This document shows positions 1 to 7,525 of a DNA stretch of 64,000 bases, one piece after another. The stretch's first letter is position 1. Each line of letters starts with the position of its first letter. The stretch covers positions 13,084 through 77,083 of the forward strand of contig CBDCFC010000051.1 of the NCBI GenBank assembly GCA_965215945.1, read 5' to 3'. The notes beneath the pieces are model-generated. The model was not told the DNA's origin. It saw nothing but the letters and a program-made list of their open reading frames with translations, and did no database searches. This DNA is from Arenicellales bacterium (lineage in GTDB: Bacteria; Pseudomonadota; Gammaproteobacteria; Arenicellales; JAHEKD01). The position numbers and the translations under genes were made by a program.

Positions 1-190
1 TGTTTATGTGCTTTTTAGGCCACTTTTAGTCAAGCTGGTGGGCTAAGAAAGCTGGTTTAAATTTCACTAATTTCTTCTTTTAATCGTTTAGTGAAAGCCT
101 CGGCAAGCTGTGAAGGTGGTCGATGTAATGCTTGATTAATACCAATATCCAAATTATGTTTGCAATTATGCAATTTGTTAGAATGGTTGT

Positions 191-214
191 GATTATCAAA
201 ATGATAATGATTTT
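191..214 (+). promoter_or_regulatory. Fur-box-like array of four GATAAT-type hexamers directly upstream of the MbfA-like gene
   Basis: The sequence reads gattat caaaat gataat gatttt (191-214). By hand, 12-13 of 19 positions match the GATAATGATAATCATTATC consensus in two registers. The array abuts the ATG at 217. Confidence 0.4.
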
Positions 215-216
215 GT

Positions 217-1200
217 ATGTTTAGCCGTTTTTTTAAAGCTGGAAAACGTGATTTTTCTTCACTTTCAGAAAAAGAAATTTTAGCACTCGCCATCTCCTCA
301 GAAGAAGACGATGGTCGTATTTACCTGGCCTATGCTGATGCTTTAGCCGATCAATATCCGGATTCCGCCAAAATCTTCGAAGACATGGCTGAAGAAGAAA
401 ACGAACACCGCAATCGTTTAATTGAGATATATAAAACCCGCTTTGGGGATCGAATTCCCTTAATTCGCCGTGAACATGTGCGTGGTTATTATGATCGTAA
501 GCCCGACTGGCTTATGCATAACCAATCGGTGGATAAAATGCGTGCCGCCGCCGAGGCGATGGAAAAGCAGGCCGCGCGTTTTTATCTGGCTGCGGCACAG
601 CAAACTCAGGATGCGAATACGCGTAAATTATTGGGTGATCTCGCTGCCGAAGAAGCCGAGCATGGTGATCTTGCTAGACGGCTTGAAGATAAATATGTGT
701 CCGATTCTGTTAAGGAGGTCGAAGAAAAAGCCGAGCGTAAGCAATTTATTCTGACTTATGTTCAGCCGGGGCTAGCCGGTTTAATGGATGGTTCGGTGTC
801 GACGCTGGCTCCAATTTTTGCTGCTGCTTTTGCAACCGGGGATACCTGGCAAACTTTTTTGGTCGGATTAGCTGCCTCATTAGGGGCCGGTATTTCCATG
901 GGGTTTACTGAAGTTGCTTCTGATGATGGTGTTATTTCCGGCCGAGGTTCACCTATTAAAAGAGGTTTGGCGACGGGCATAATGACAACACTGGGAGGAT
1001 TAGGGCATGCATTACCTTATTTAATTCCAGATTTTTGGACTGCCACCACGATTGCTATCATTATAGTGTTTTTTGAACTGTGGCTGATTACCTGGATACA
1101 GAACAAATATATGGAAACACCCTGGCCACGCGCAATCTTTCAAGTCGCATTCGGCGGTGCCTTAGTATTCGGGGTCGGAATGTTGATTGGCAACGCATAG
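217..1200 (+). CDS. mbfA: Ferritin-like (erythrin) domain fused to a VIT1/CCC1 membrane domain; MbfA-like iron exporter
   Basis: The N-terminal half has two ExxH di-iron motifs (EEENEHRNRL and AEEAEHGDL). The C-terminal half has glycine-rich TM helices typical of VIT1 (GLAGLMDGSVSTLAPIFAAAFATG, LGAGISMGF). No clear RBS precedes 217. Confidence 0.7.
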   Translation: MFSRFFKAGKRDFSSLSEKEILALAISSEEDDGRIYLAYADALADQYPDSAKIFEDMAEEENEHRNRLIEIYKTRFGDRIPLIRREHVRGYYDRKPDWLMHNQSVDKMRAAAEAMEKQAARFYLAAAQQTQDANTRKLLGDLAAEEAEHGDLARRLEDKYVSDSVKEVEEKAERKQFILTYVQPGLAGLMDGSVSTLAPIFAAAFATGDTWQTFLVGLAASLGAGISMGFTEVASDDGVISGRGSPIKRGLATGIMTTLGGLGHALPYLIPDFWTATTIAIIIVFFELWLITWIQNKYMETPWPRAIFQVAFGGALVFGVGMLIGNA

Positions 1201-1327
1201 TTTATCGGTTGAATATTTCTACATTGGAATCAAAACTATATTGTTAGTTTTCTAAGGTTGATTTCAATAACTCTTGAACCTGTAAATTGATTACAATCCG
1301 GCTTGTAAATAATAAACTGGTTTAAAT

Positions 1328-1996
1328 ATGTTAAGAATTTTGCTGTTTGTTCTACTGGTTGTTGCGGCAGTGCTCGGTTTTAGCTGGATGAAAGCGACCG
1401 CTTTACCCGACTGGTATAACCCTGCAACTATTGACAGGTCCAACGATCCTGTTGAAGAATTTTCCAAAATTATACAAAAACAAGGTATAGGAGCATTTTT
1501 TAGCAATAAATTATCTGATTTGTTAGCAGGTAAGCTGGTCTTAGATCAGGATGAATTTAATGCGCTCATATTGACCAGCATCGCAGCCGACCAGGGTGGT
1601 CAGGAATTGTTAGCTGTCAGTGATGTTGTGCGAGCACAGATTTATCAGGATAAATTGGAGATTGGCTCAGTTATTGATATAGAGAAATTAAAACAGCAGA
1701 ATACAAAAATAAGTGAGCAAGTTGAGAACTTAGTCGATGTCTTGCCGGCTTTAAGTAATGAAAAAATCTATTTAGCTATCAGTGGCCAGCCCGTAGCACA
1801 AGCGGGAGAACTAGCCTTCGCTGATGATATTGCATTTAAACTTGGAAATTTAACTATTTCAGATTCACTGCTTAACGTATTGGGTCTGTCCATTGACGAA
1901 ATCAAAAAACAAACATTAAAAATCAGTTATTTGACTATTAATGATGTCAGTTTGGAGGGAAATAATATCGGTTTGGCAGTTCGCCCCAGTTTCTGA
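1328..1996 (+). CDS. Hypothetical protein with an N-terminal membrane anchor
   Basis: 222-aa ORF with a hydrophobic N-terminus (LRILLFVLLVVAAVLGF). I recognise no family. Confidence 0.55.
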   Translation: MLRILLFVLLVVAAVLGFSWMKATALPDWYNPATIDRSNDPVEEFSKIIQKQGIGAFFSNKLSDLLAGKLVLDQDEFNALILTSIAADQGGQELLAVSDVVRAQIYQDKLEIGSVIDIEKLKQQNTKISEQVENLVDVLPALSNEKIYLAISGQPVAQAGELAFADDIAFKLGNLTISDSLLNVLGLSIDEIKKQTLKISYLTINDVSLEGNNIGLAVRPSF

Positions 1997-2174
1997 TTTT
2001 CATCAAAGGGATACATCACAAATGTTACGAATTGTAAAATCTTTGGTTATGTAACACTTTAACCATAATTAGCAGAATATTGGACTCGAAATTCCAAAAT
2101 TAGCTAATATAATTGTTCTACCTGATAGCGAGAGAGCTGTCAGATTACTTAACTTGAAGTATACCCCTACGTTT

Positions 2175-2208
2175 AAGATCGCTCCCACCGGGAGCGATCT
2201 TGCTTTTT
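2175..2208 (+). terminator. Rho-independent terminator-like hairpin
   Basis: aagatcgctccc-acc-gggagcgatctt gives a 12-bp perfect stem, followed by gcttttt. It lies 180 nt after the stop at 1996. Confidence 0.6.
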
Positions 2209-2333
2209 GTGCCAAAAAATTATCGTATCAATCTAATATAAACTACGAACAGCTGTAGTAATTCATATAAATAACCTTACAAAAACCTGTAAGTTTGTTG
2301 ATTTAAGAAAATACGTAGCCTTTATCCGCAATC

Positions 2334-2380
2334 CGTCATTGATAAGGATTGTCTGGATACCGGCTTTCGCCGGTATGACG
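2334..2380. repeat. REP-like palindromic element (CGTCAT...ATGACG type)
   Basis: The element reads cgtcattgataaggattgtctggataccggctttcgccggtatgacg. It has terminal inverted hexamers and an internal hairpin ataccggc/gccggtat. It belongs to the same family as the copies at 16.4, 19.8 and 56.4 kb. Confidence 0.6.
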
Positions 2381-2524
2381 ATGTAGGTGTCTTAAAAGTT
2401 AGGGGAATAACTATAGTAAAAAATTCCTTTACGCTACGGTAATTATAGTTTTGATGATTTTTAAACTATTTTTCCGTTATTATGTGTATGAAAGTTTTTT
2501 CAATTCATCATCAGGAGATTATTA

Positions 2525-2731
2525 ATGGATAAAGACGCACTTAATATGCAGATTCGTAAGTTTCTAAAAAAAGTGGGAGTGACGTCACAGCGCACGATTG
2601 AAGAGGCGGTTAACAAGGCCCTGGAGAATAATACCACCTCACCAGGTGATAGCTTTCAGGTCAGCATGACTTTAACAATTCCGGAATTAGATGTGTCCAT
2701 GCAAATTGAGGATACAATCGATATCGAATAG
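2525..2731 (+). CDS. Small conserved protein (68 aa), first gene of the FDH-linked module; resembles the DUF6494 family from memory
   Basis: A good RBS (caggag) lies 8 nt upstream. The gene is tightly packed with the next gene, whose start is at 2736. Confidence 0.6.
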   Translation: MDKDALNMQIRKFLKKVGVTSQRTIEEAVNKALENNTTSPGDSFQVSMTLTIPELDVSMQIEDTIDIE

Positions 2732-2735
2732 TCTT

Positions 2736-3284
2736 ATGACGGAGAATAACAACACATCAATGCCGAGTTCTGGTGTGATTGAAACAGATTCTCGTATCAC
2801 AATTCCACTTGCCGTTATTCTGCAAAGAAAAATTGATCCGGCTAAAAAATGGACTTTACCACAATGGAGTGTATTCGCTGTTGTTACTGGCGAGAATATT
2901 CAACATCATAGCCAAAAAGTAACAGTTCATGACCAGGGCAGTATTAATCGATATTTTTGGGGCGGGTTGAAACTTGAATTGTTTAAAGACGGTTCAGAGG
3001 GGTATTGGTACAACCTGTTATCGGAACAGCCGTATTTATTCGTTGTCTGCAATGGTGAGCTGGCTGATATGGAGATCGAGCCCAGATATGTAACTGCAAA
3101 TCAGGATGAAGCAACGGGTCACTTAGAATCAGATGATGTGGTGTTGTCCATCCCAATGCCGCAAACAATACGAGACTTATTGGAGCGTTATGTAATTTCA
3201 CATTACAAACCTAAGAGTAAGAAAAAACGCAAACGTAAAGACTGGTTGGAGGATTCGCTTTATGCGCAAAAAGCTGGACGATAA
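2736..3284 (+). CDS. DUF3305-like protein
   Basis: In-frame ATG at 2736, 5 nt after the previous stop; the ORF-track start at 2691 overlaps the upstream gene. The size and the context next to a DUF3306-like gene and a ferredoxin fit my recollection of DUF3305. This is unverified. Confidence 0.6.
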   Translation: MTENNNTSMPSSGVIETDSRITIPLAVILQRKIDPAKKWTLPQWSVFAVVTGENIQHHSQKVTVHDQGSINRYFWGGLKLELFKDGSEGYWYNLLSEQPYLFVVCNGELADMEIEPRYVTANQDEATGHLESDDVVLSIPMPQTIRDLLERYVISHYKPKSKKKRKRKDWLEDSLYAQKAGR

Positions 3285-3825
3285 AGTCGAAGACGGATTT
3301 ATTAGTCGCTGGTCGAAAAAGAAAAGTCAGTTAGAAAATCCACCTGCTTCAATAGAAATCCCCGAGGATAATCGAGCCGAGGGGAAAATTGATGAGGCTG
3401 AAGTTGACGATGAAGTTCTCACCGATGAGGATATGCCTGCGGTTGAAACTCTTGAGGTAGACAGCGATTACTCAGGGTTCTTGTCACCTGGGGTCAGTGA
3501 TGAATTGAGGAAGCTCGCATTGCGTAAACTGTTTCGCAGTCAAAAATTTAATGTACGCGATGGCCTGGACGATTACGATGAGGATTTTCGCAGCTTTGCA
3601 GCCCTGGGCGAGATCATTACCAGTGACATGAAACATCAAATGGAACTGGCTGAGGAAAAAGAAAAACATCAATTAGCTGAGCGGGAAGAAGCCGAGCAAT
3701 TGGCCGAATCCCCGGCTGAAGAGCAAACAGACGATCAGCAACAGCAAGCCGAGGCGGATGCTGAAGCACAGGAATCTGCTGATCTATTGGCCAATAAATC
3801 AGCAGACCAGGAATCAAACACCTGA
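3262..3825 (+). CDS. DUF3306-like acidic protein
   Basis: It overlaps the upstream gene by 23 nt. The N-terminus is FISRWSKKK and the Glu/Asp/Gln-rich tail is long. The assignment is from memory of the family and its pairing with DUF3305. Confidence 0.6.
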   Translation: MRKKLDDKVEDGFISRWSKKKSQLENPPASIEIPEDNRAEGKIDEAEVDDEVLTDEDMPAVETLEVDSDYSGFLSPGVSDELRKLALRKLFRSQKFNVRDGLDDYDEDFRSFAALGEIITSDMKHQMELAEEKEKHQLAEREEAEQLAESPAEEQTDDQQQQAEADAEAQESADLLANKSADQESNT

Positions 3826-3832
3826 CATAAAT

Positions 3833-5497
3833 ATGAGCAATTACCTACAAGTCCTGGATCTGGAATTGCCTGTCAAAACCGCCGCAGGAAAAATTCGCCG
3901 TCAGGTTTTGGCAGAACAACATTGGCAACCGACACCCACAATGATGGTGTCTTATGTTTCGTCCAATCGGGTTTTGATCATTGCCAATGAACAGCTGGCG
4001 CTACAAATCGAGAAGCAGTTACCGGAGAAAATACAACCCTATATCGCCTTGCCGGCGGATAAGTCATCACCTTCGACGATTGCTAACGGATGGAACGTCG
4101 GCCAGCTTCAGTTAAGCGGTTGTCTGGGCCGTTTTAAGGCGTTTATTGACGATCATTCTGCAGGCGAATCTAAGAGCGATCAAGATAATCTGGGCTTGTT
4201 ATTTAATATCGCCAACGGTCTGTTCGATCAGGTTATTGATTGCAGTGCTCAGGCGTTGATAAAAGCGGCGATCAAACCACCCGGTTATTATCATGTTGCC
4301 GATAATGAATCACAACTACAAAGTGCGATTGAACAAGTGTCTGAATTAATCGGTGAGTTCGAAAAGCCCAAGTTTTTTAACTATGATCCCGATATTTGTG
4401 CTCATGGTAACAGCGGCATAACAGGATGCACAAAGTGTATTGATGCTTGCCCGACGGAAGCTATTATTTCAATCGGTGACAAAGTTGAGGTTAATCCTTA
4501 TCTTTGTCAGGGCGGCGGTACTTGCACCAGTGCTTGTCCATCCGGCGCAATGACATATAGTTACCCCAAGGCCGAAGAACAAATTGAATTCTTGCGTTGC
4601 TTGCTACGAGATTTGAGAAACAAAAATACTAATAAGAACATAACATTACTGCTTTACGATCAAGAGCATGGTCAAGGGGATGTGGCTGAAGTTGTTGATG
4701 CGATACCGGAACATGTTGTTCCATTCATGGTTGAAGAAATTGGTTCTGTAGGATTGGATTTACTAAGTTGCGCTCTGGCGTACGGTGCAAATCGAATCGA
4801 CATTTACATGCCAGCCAGTGTTTCAAATCAGGTTAGCGAAACCATAGAGCAAAACAGCCAAATACTAAATCATCTGTTAACTAAAATGGAGCTAAGCGAT
4901 TATCAAGTATCGATAATTGGTAATATGAAAGAGCTGTTAAATTTTCAAGATTCGAATGTTGTATTAGACCAAGCAGCAACGTTTGCACCTTTAGGCAATA
5001 AGCGCAGTGTAATTCGTTCGGCGCTGGCTCATCTAAATAATAGCTCCGACCAACAAGCTGATGTTATCCCACTTCCGGAGCAGGCTTTGTTTGGGCAGAT
5101 CAATGTTGATCAAAATGCCTGCACCTTATGCATGGCCTGTGTGTCGGTCTGCCCCGGAAAGGCCCTGCAAGACGGCGGTGATATGCCGGCTTTAAAATTC
5201 ATCGAGGCCAATTGTTTGCAATGCGGCATTTGCGCCAATGCTTGTCCTGAACAGGCTATTGAGTTAGAAGCCAGAATCCATTTTGATCATGAATTTATTC
5301 AATCAGCTCGCCCATTAAAAGAAGAACAACCGTTTCGCTGTTTGAATTGTGGGAAACCATTCGCGACCCAGTCAATGATAGAAAAGATGATGACAAAGCT
5401 TGAAGGACATTGGATGTTTGATAATCCTGATGCGTTGAAACGCTTACAAATGTGTGAAGATTGCAGGGTGATCGATGTGTTTAGTAATGAAAAATAA
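3833..5497 (+). CDS. Multi-cluster 4Fe-4S ferredoxin-domain protein (about 555 aa)
   Basis: There are four cluster motifs: CTKCIDACP, CQGGGTCTSACP, CTLCMACVSVCP and CLQCGICANACP. A C-terminal CLNCG...CEDC pair is also present. The likely start is the ATG at 3833 (MSNYLQ), not 3758. Confidence 0.85.
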   Translation: MSNYLQVLDLELPVKTAAGKIRRQVLAEQHWQPTPTMMVSYVSSNRVLIIANEQLALQIEKQLPEKIQPYIALPADKSSPSTIANGWNVGQLQLSGCLGRFKAFIDDHSAGESKSDQDNLGLLFNIANGLFDQVIDCSAQALIKAAIKPPGYYHVADNESQLQSAIEQVSELIGEFEKPKFFNYDPDICAHGNSGITGCTKCIDACPTEAIISIGDKVEVNPYLCQGGGTCTSACPSGAMTYSYPKAEEQIEFLRCLLRDLRNKNTNKNITLLLYDQEHGQGDVAEVVDAIPEHVVPFMVEEIGSVGLDLLSCALAYGANRIDIYMPASVSNQVSETIEQNSQILNHLLTKMELSDYQVSIIGNMKELLNFQDSNVVLDQAATFAPLGNKRSVIRSALAHLNNSSDQQADVIPLPEQALFGQINVDQNACTLCMACVSVCPGKALQDGGDMPALKFIEANCLQCGICANACPEQAIELEARIHFDHEFIQSARPLKEEQPFRCLNCGKPFATQSMIEKMMTKLEGHWMFDNPDALKRLQMCEDCRVIDVFSNEK

Positions 5498-5512
5498 ACT
5501 TGTCAGATATAG

Positions 5513-6365
5513 CTAGGGTCTGTTGCCAATTGGTTGTAAGTGATTGAAGGTTAAGCGCAAACTCGTAGAATTGTTGTTTCGACACTGACAATAAAACGAG
5601 TTTGCGATGCCCCGATTAATGCTCACTGATGAGCTGTGGTCGAAGCTAAAGATAACTATGCGCCAACATCGAATTTATGACAAGCCTAATCTGCGATTAA
5701 TGGTGGAAGGCATGTTATACCGGATGCGGGTGGGTTGTCCCTGGCGTGATGTGCCGGCTGATTTTGGTGCCTGGAATGCGATTTATAAAAAATTCAATAA
5801 TTGGTCCAGTCAAGGCAAATGGTTAAGGCTCTTTAAAACTTTAGTCAATGAACCGGACTTCGAGTGGGTGTTTATTGATGGCAGTATTGTCAAAGCCCAT
5901 CAGCATAGTGCCGGATTAGCGGATCAAGCGATTGGTAAAAGCCGGGGCGGTTACACCAGTAAAATCCATATGGGTGTTGATGCACAGGGCTTACCGGTTG
6001 AATTTATCATTACTGGGGGTGAGGTGAATGATATTAAACAAGCCCCTGAACTAATCGCCGGACTGACTGGGGCCGACTATATCATTGCCGACAAAGGTTA
6101 TGATAGTGAATCATTCAGACAACAAATACGCGATCAAAATACCCTTCCCGTGATTCCTCGAAAAACGAATTCTACTGTAGGCAATGATGACATGGATTGG
6201 TGTTTGTATAAGTATCGGCATTTGGTTGAACATGTGTTTGCTCGGCTTAAACACTTTCGCGCGGTAGCAACTCGTTATGATAAATTAATGCGTAATTATC
6301 AAGCCACTGTCGCTCTGGCTTGCCTTTTCTTATGGCTACCTATGTGAATTGGCAACAGACCCTAG
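5513..6365 (+). mobile_element. Intact IS5-family insertion sequence (about 845-853 bp)
   Basis: Perfect 19-bp terminal inverted repeats: ctagggtctgttgccaatt (5513-5531) and aattggcaacagaccctag (6347-6365). The outer CTAG may be a 4-bp target duplication instead of part of the repeat. A single DDE transposase ORF lies inside. Confidence 0.9.
5607..6347 (+). CDS. IS5-family DDE transposase
   Basis: The N-terminal motif LYRMRVGCPWRDVPADFGAWNAIYKKFNNW and the DDE region (FIDGSIVKAHQH, IADKGYDS, VEHVFARLK) are typical of short IS5-group transposases. Confidence 0.9.
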   Translation: MPRLMLTDELWSKLKITMRQHRIYDKPNLRLMVEGMLYRMRVGCPWRDVPADFGAWNAIYKKFNNWSSQGKWLRLFKTLVNEPDFEWVFIDGSIVKAHQHSAGLADQAIGKSRGGYTSKIHMGVDAQGLPVEFIITGGEVNDIKQAPELIAGLTGADYIIADKGYDSESFRQQIRDQNTLPVIPRKTNSTVGNDDMDWCLYKYRHLVEHVFARLKHFRAVATRYDKLMRNYQATVALACLFLWLPM

Positions 6366-6423
6366 GTATTGGCTGAAAAATCAAGGAATAGCTACCAATT
6401 TATTATTGTTTTTCATCGCAAAT

Positions 6424-6442
6424 GATAATTGTTATCATTATC
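6424..6442. promoter_or_regulatory. Near-consensus Fur box upstream of the torD-like/fdh genes
   Basis: GATAATTGTTATCATTATC matches 16 of 19 positions of GATAATGATAATCATTATC by hand count and is almost palindromic. It lies 58 nt after the IS end and 122 nt before the start at 6565. Confidence 0.6.
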
Positions 6443-6564
6443 ATTTGTAATTAGAATAAAATCAATGACCTTATCTGCCCATTTCCTTGAAAAAATACAG
6501 TGTAAGCGCTATCATTTAGTTAGTAAAAAATCTTTCACCAGAGAAAATCGAGTAGCAAAAAGGA

Positions 6565-7230
6565 GTGGACTCAAGACAACCTATTGTCGAGTGCCAGGCA
6601 GATAATAGTAAACACGAAGCCACATCGCCCACTTGTGATGTAAATCAGGGCGATGAAGAGCAAGCTCGTGCTGATACTTATTCAATTCTCTCAACTTTAC
6701 TCAGTCATTGCCCCAACCAGGACTTAATCGATTACCTGAATCATATTGAGCAATCCGATCAAGACGAACCTGGCAATATAGGGCTAGCATGGCTTGACGT
6801 GAAAAAGGCAGCCACTTCTCATAGCCTGGAGCAACTTGACGATGAATACCATGATTTATTCATTGGTCTTGGTCGCGGTCAAGTCATTCCTTACGGGTCA
6901 TGGCACATGACCGGTTTCTTAATGGACAAACCGCTAAGCGACCTCAGAGATGATTTGAAAAAACTCGGTATTGAAGCCGACCCGAACCAAAAAGACCCGG
7001 AAGACCATATCGCCGCTTTATGTGAAACCATGTCGATTTTAATTACTGCCGATGATGTCGAGAGCTATCAGCAAAGGCGTTTTTACATTAGGCATATTCA
7101 CCCCTGGGCGATGAAATTTTTTAAAGAACTGCAGATGGCAACGTCTGCCAGTTTTTACAAAACTGTTGGCTTACTCGGCCAGCGTTTTGTTGAATTGGAA
7201 AATCAATATTTGAATATTCAGGAACATTAG
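6565..7230 (+). CDS. TorD/DmsD-family redox-enzyme maturation chaperone
   Basis: TorD-like core: DDEYHDLFIGLGRGQVIPYGSWHMTG...DHIAALCETMSIL. The position directly upstream of a TAT molybdoenzyme fits. The GTG start at 6565 is uncertain. Confidence 0.8.
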   Translation: MDSRQPIVECQADNSKHEATSPTCDVNQGDEEQARADTYSILSTLLSHCPNQDLIDYLNHIEQSDQDEPGNIGLAWLDVKKAATSHSLEQLDDEYHDLFIGLGRGQVIPYGSWHMTGFLMDKPLSDLRDDLKKLGIEADPNQKDPEDHIAALCETMSILITADDVESYQQRRFYIRHIHPWAMKFFKELQMATSASFYKTVGLLGQRFVELENQYLNIQEH

Positions 7231-7249
7231 CGCATGAAAATGCAGAGGA

Positions 7250-7453
7250 ATGACCATGAAAACAACTGATGCACCAACCGTAAAAAGACGTGCTTTCTTA
7301 AAAGGAGCCGCTGTTACCACTGCTGCAGTAAGTGCCGGCGCTATAACCGGCCAAGCTGTCGCCGAAGACCTTGAGGTTAATAAATCAAAATCCAAGCAAG
7401 GTTATCAGGAAACCAAGCACGTTAAAGAATATTATCGATTAGCACGATTCTAG
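7250..7453 (+). CDS. Small TAT-signal protein of formate dehydrogenase regions (67 aa)
   Basis: A twin-arginine motif (KRRAFLKG) is followed by an Ala-rich h-region and a short tail (KQGYQETKHVKEYYRLARF). This matches my recollection of the 'formate dehydrogenase region TAT target' family. Confidence 0.75.
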   Translation: MTMKTTDAPTVKRRAFLKGAAVTTAAVSAGAITGQAVAEDLEVNKSKSKQGYQETKHVKEYYRLARF

Positions 7454-7525
7454 CGCGTTTGTTTATAGGGCTTATGTTGATAAAACACAGAAACTGTAAA
7501 CACACAGCGAATACAGGAGATAAAG

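Noticed and set aside
3758-3832. The ORF track extends the ferredoxin gene upstream (start at 3758), overlapping the DUF3306-like gene by 68 nt.
   Set aside because: The ATG at 3833 lies 7 nt after the upstream stop and gives a compact operon layout. The extension has no conserved-looking sequence.
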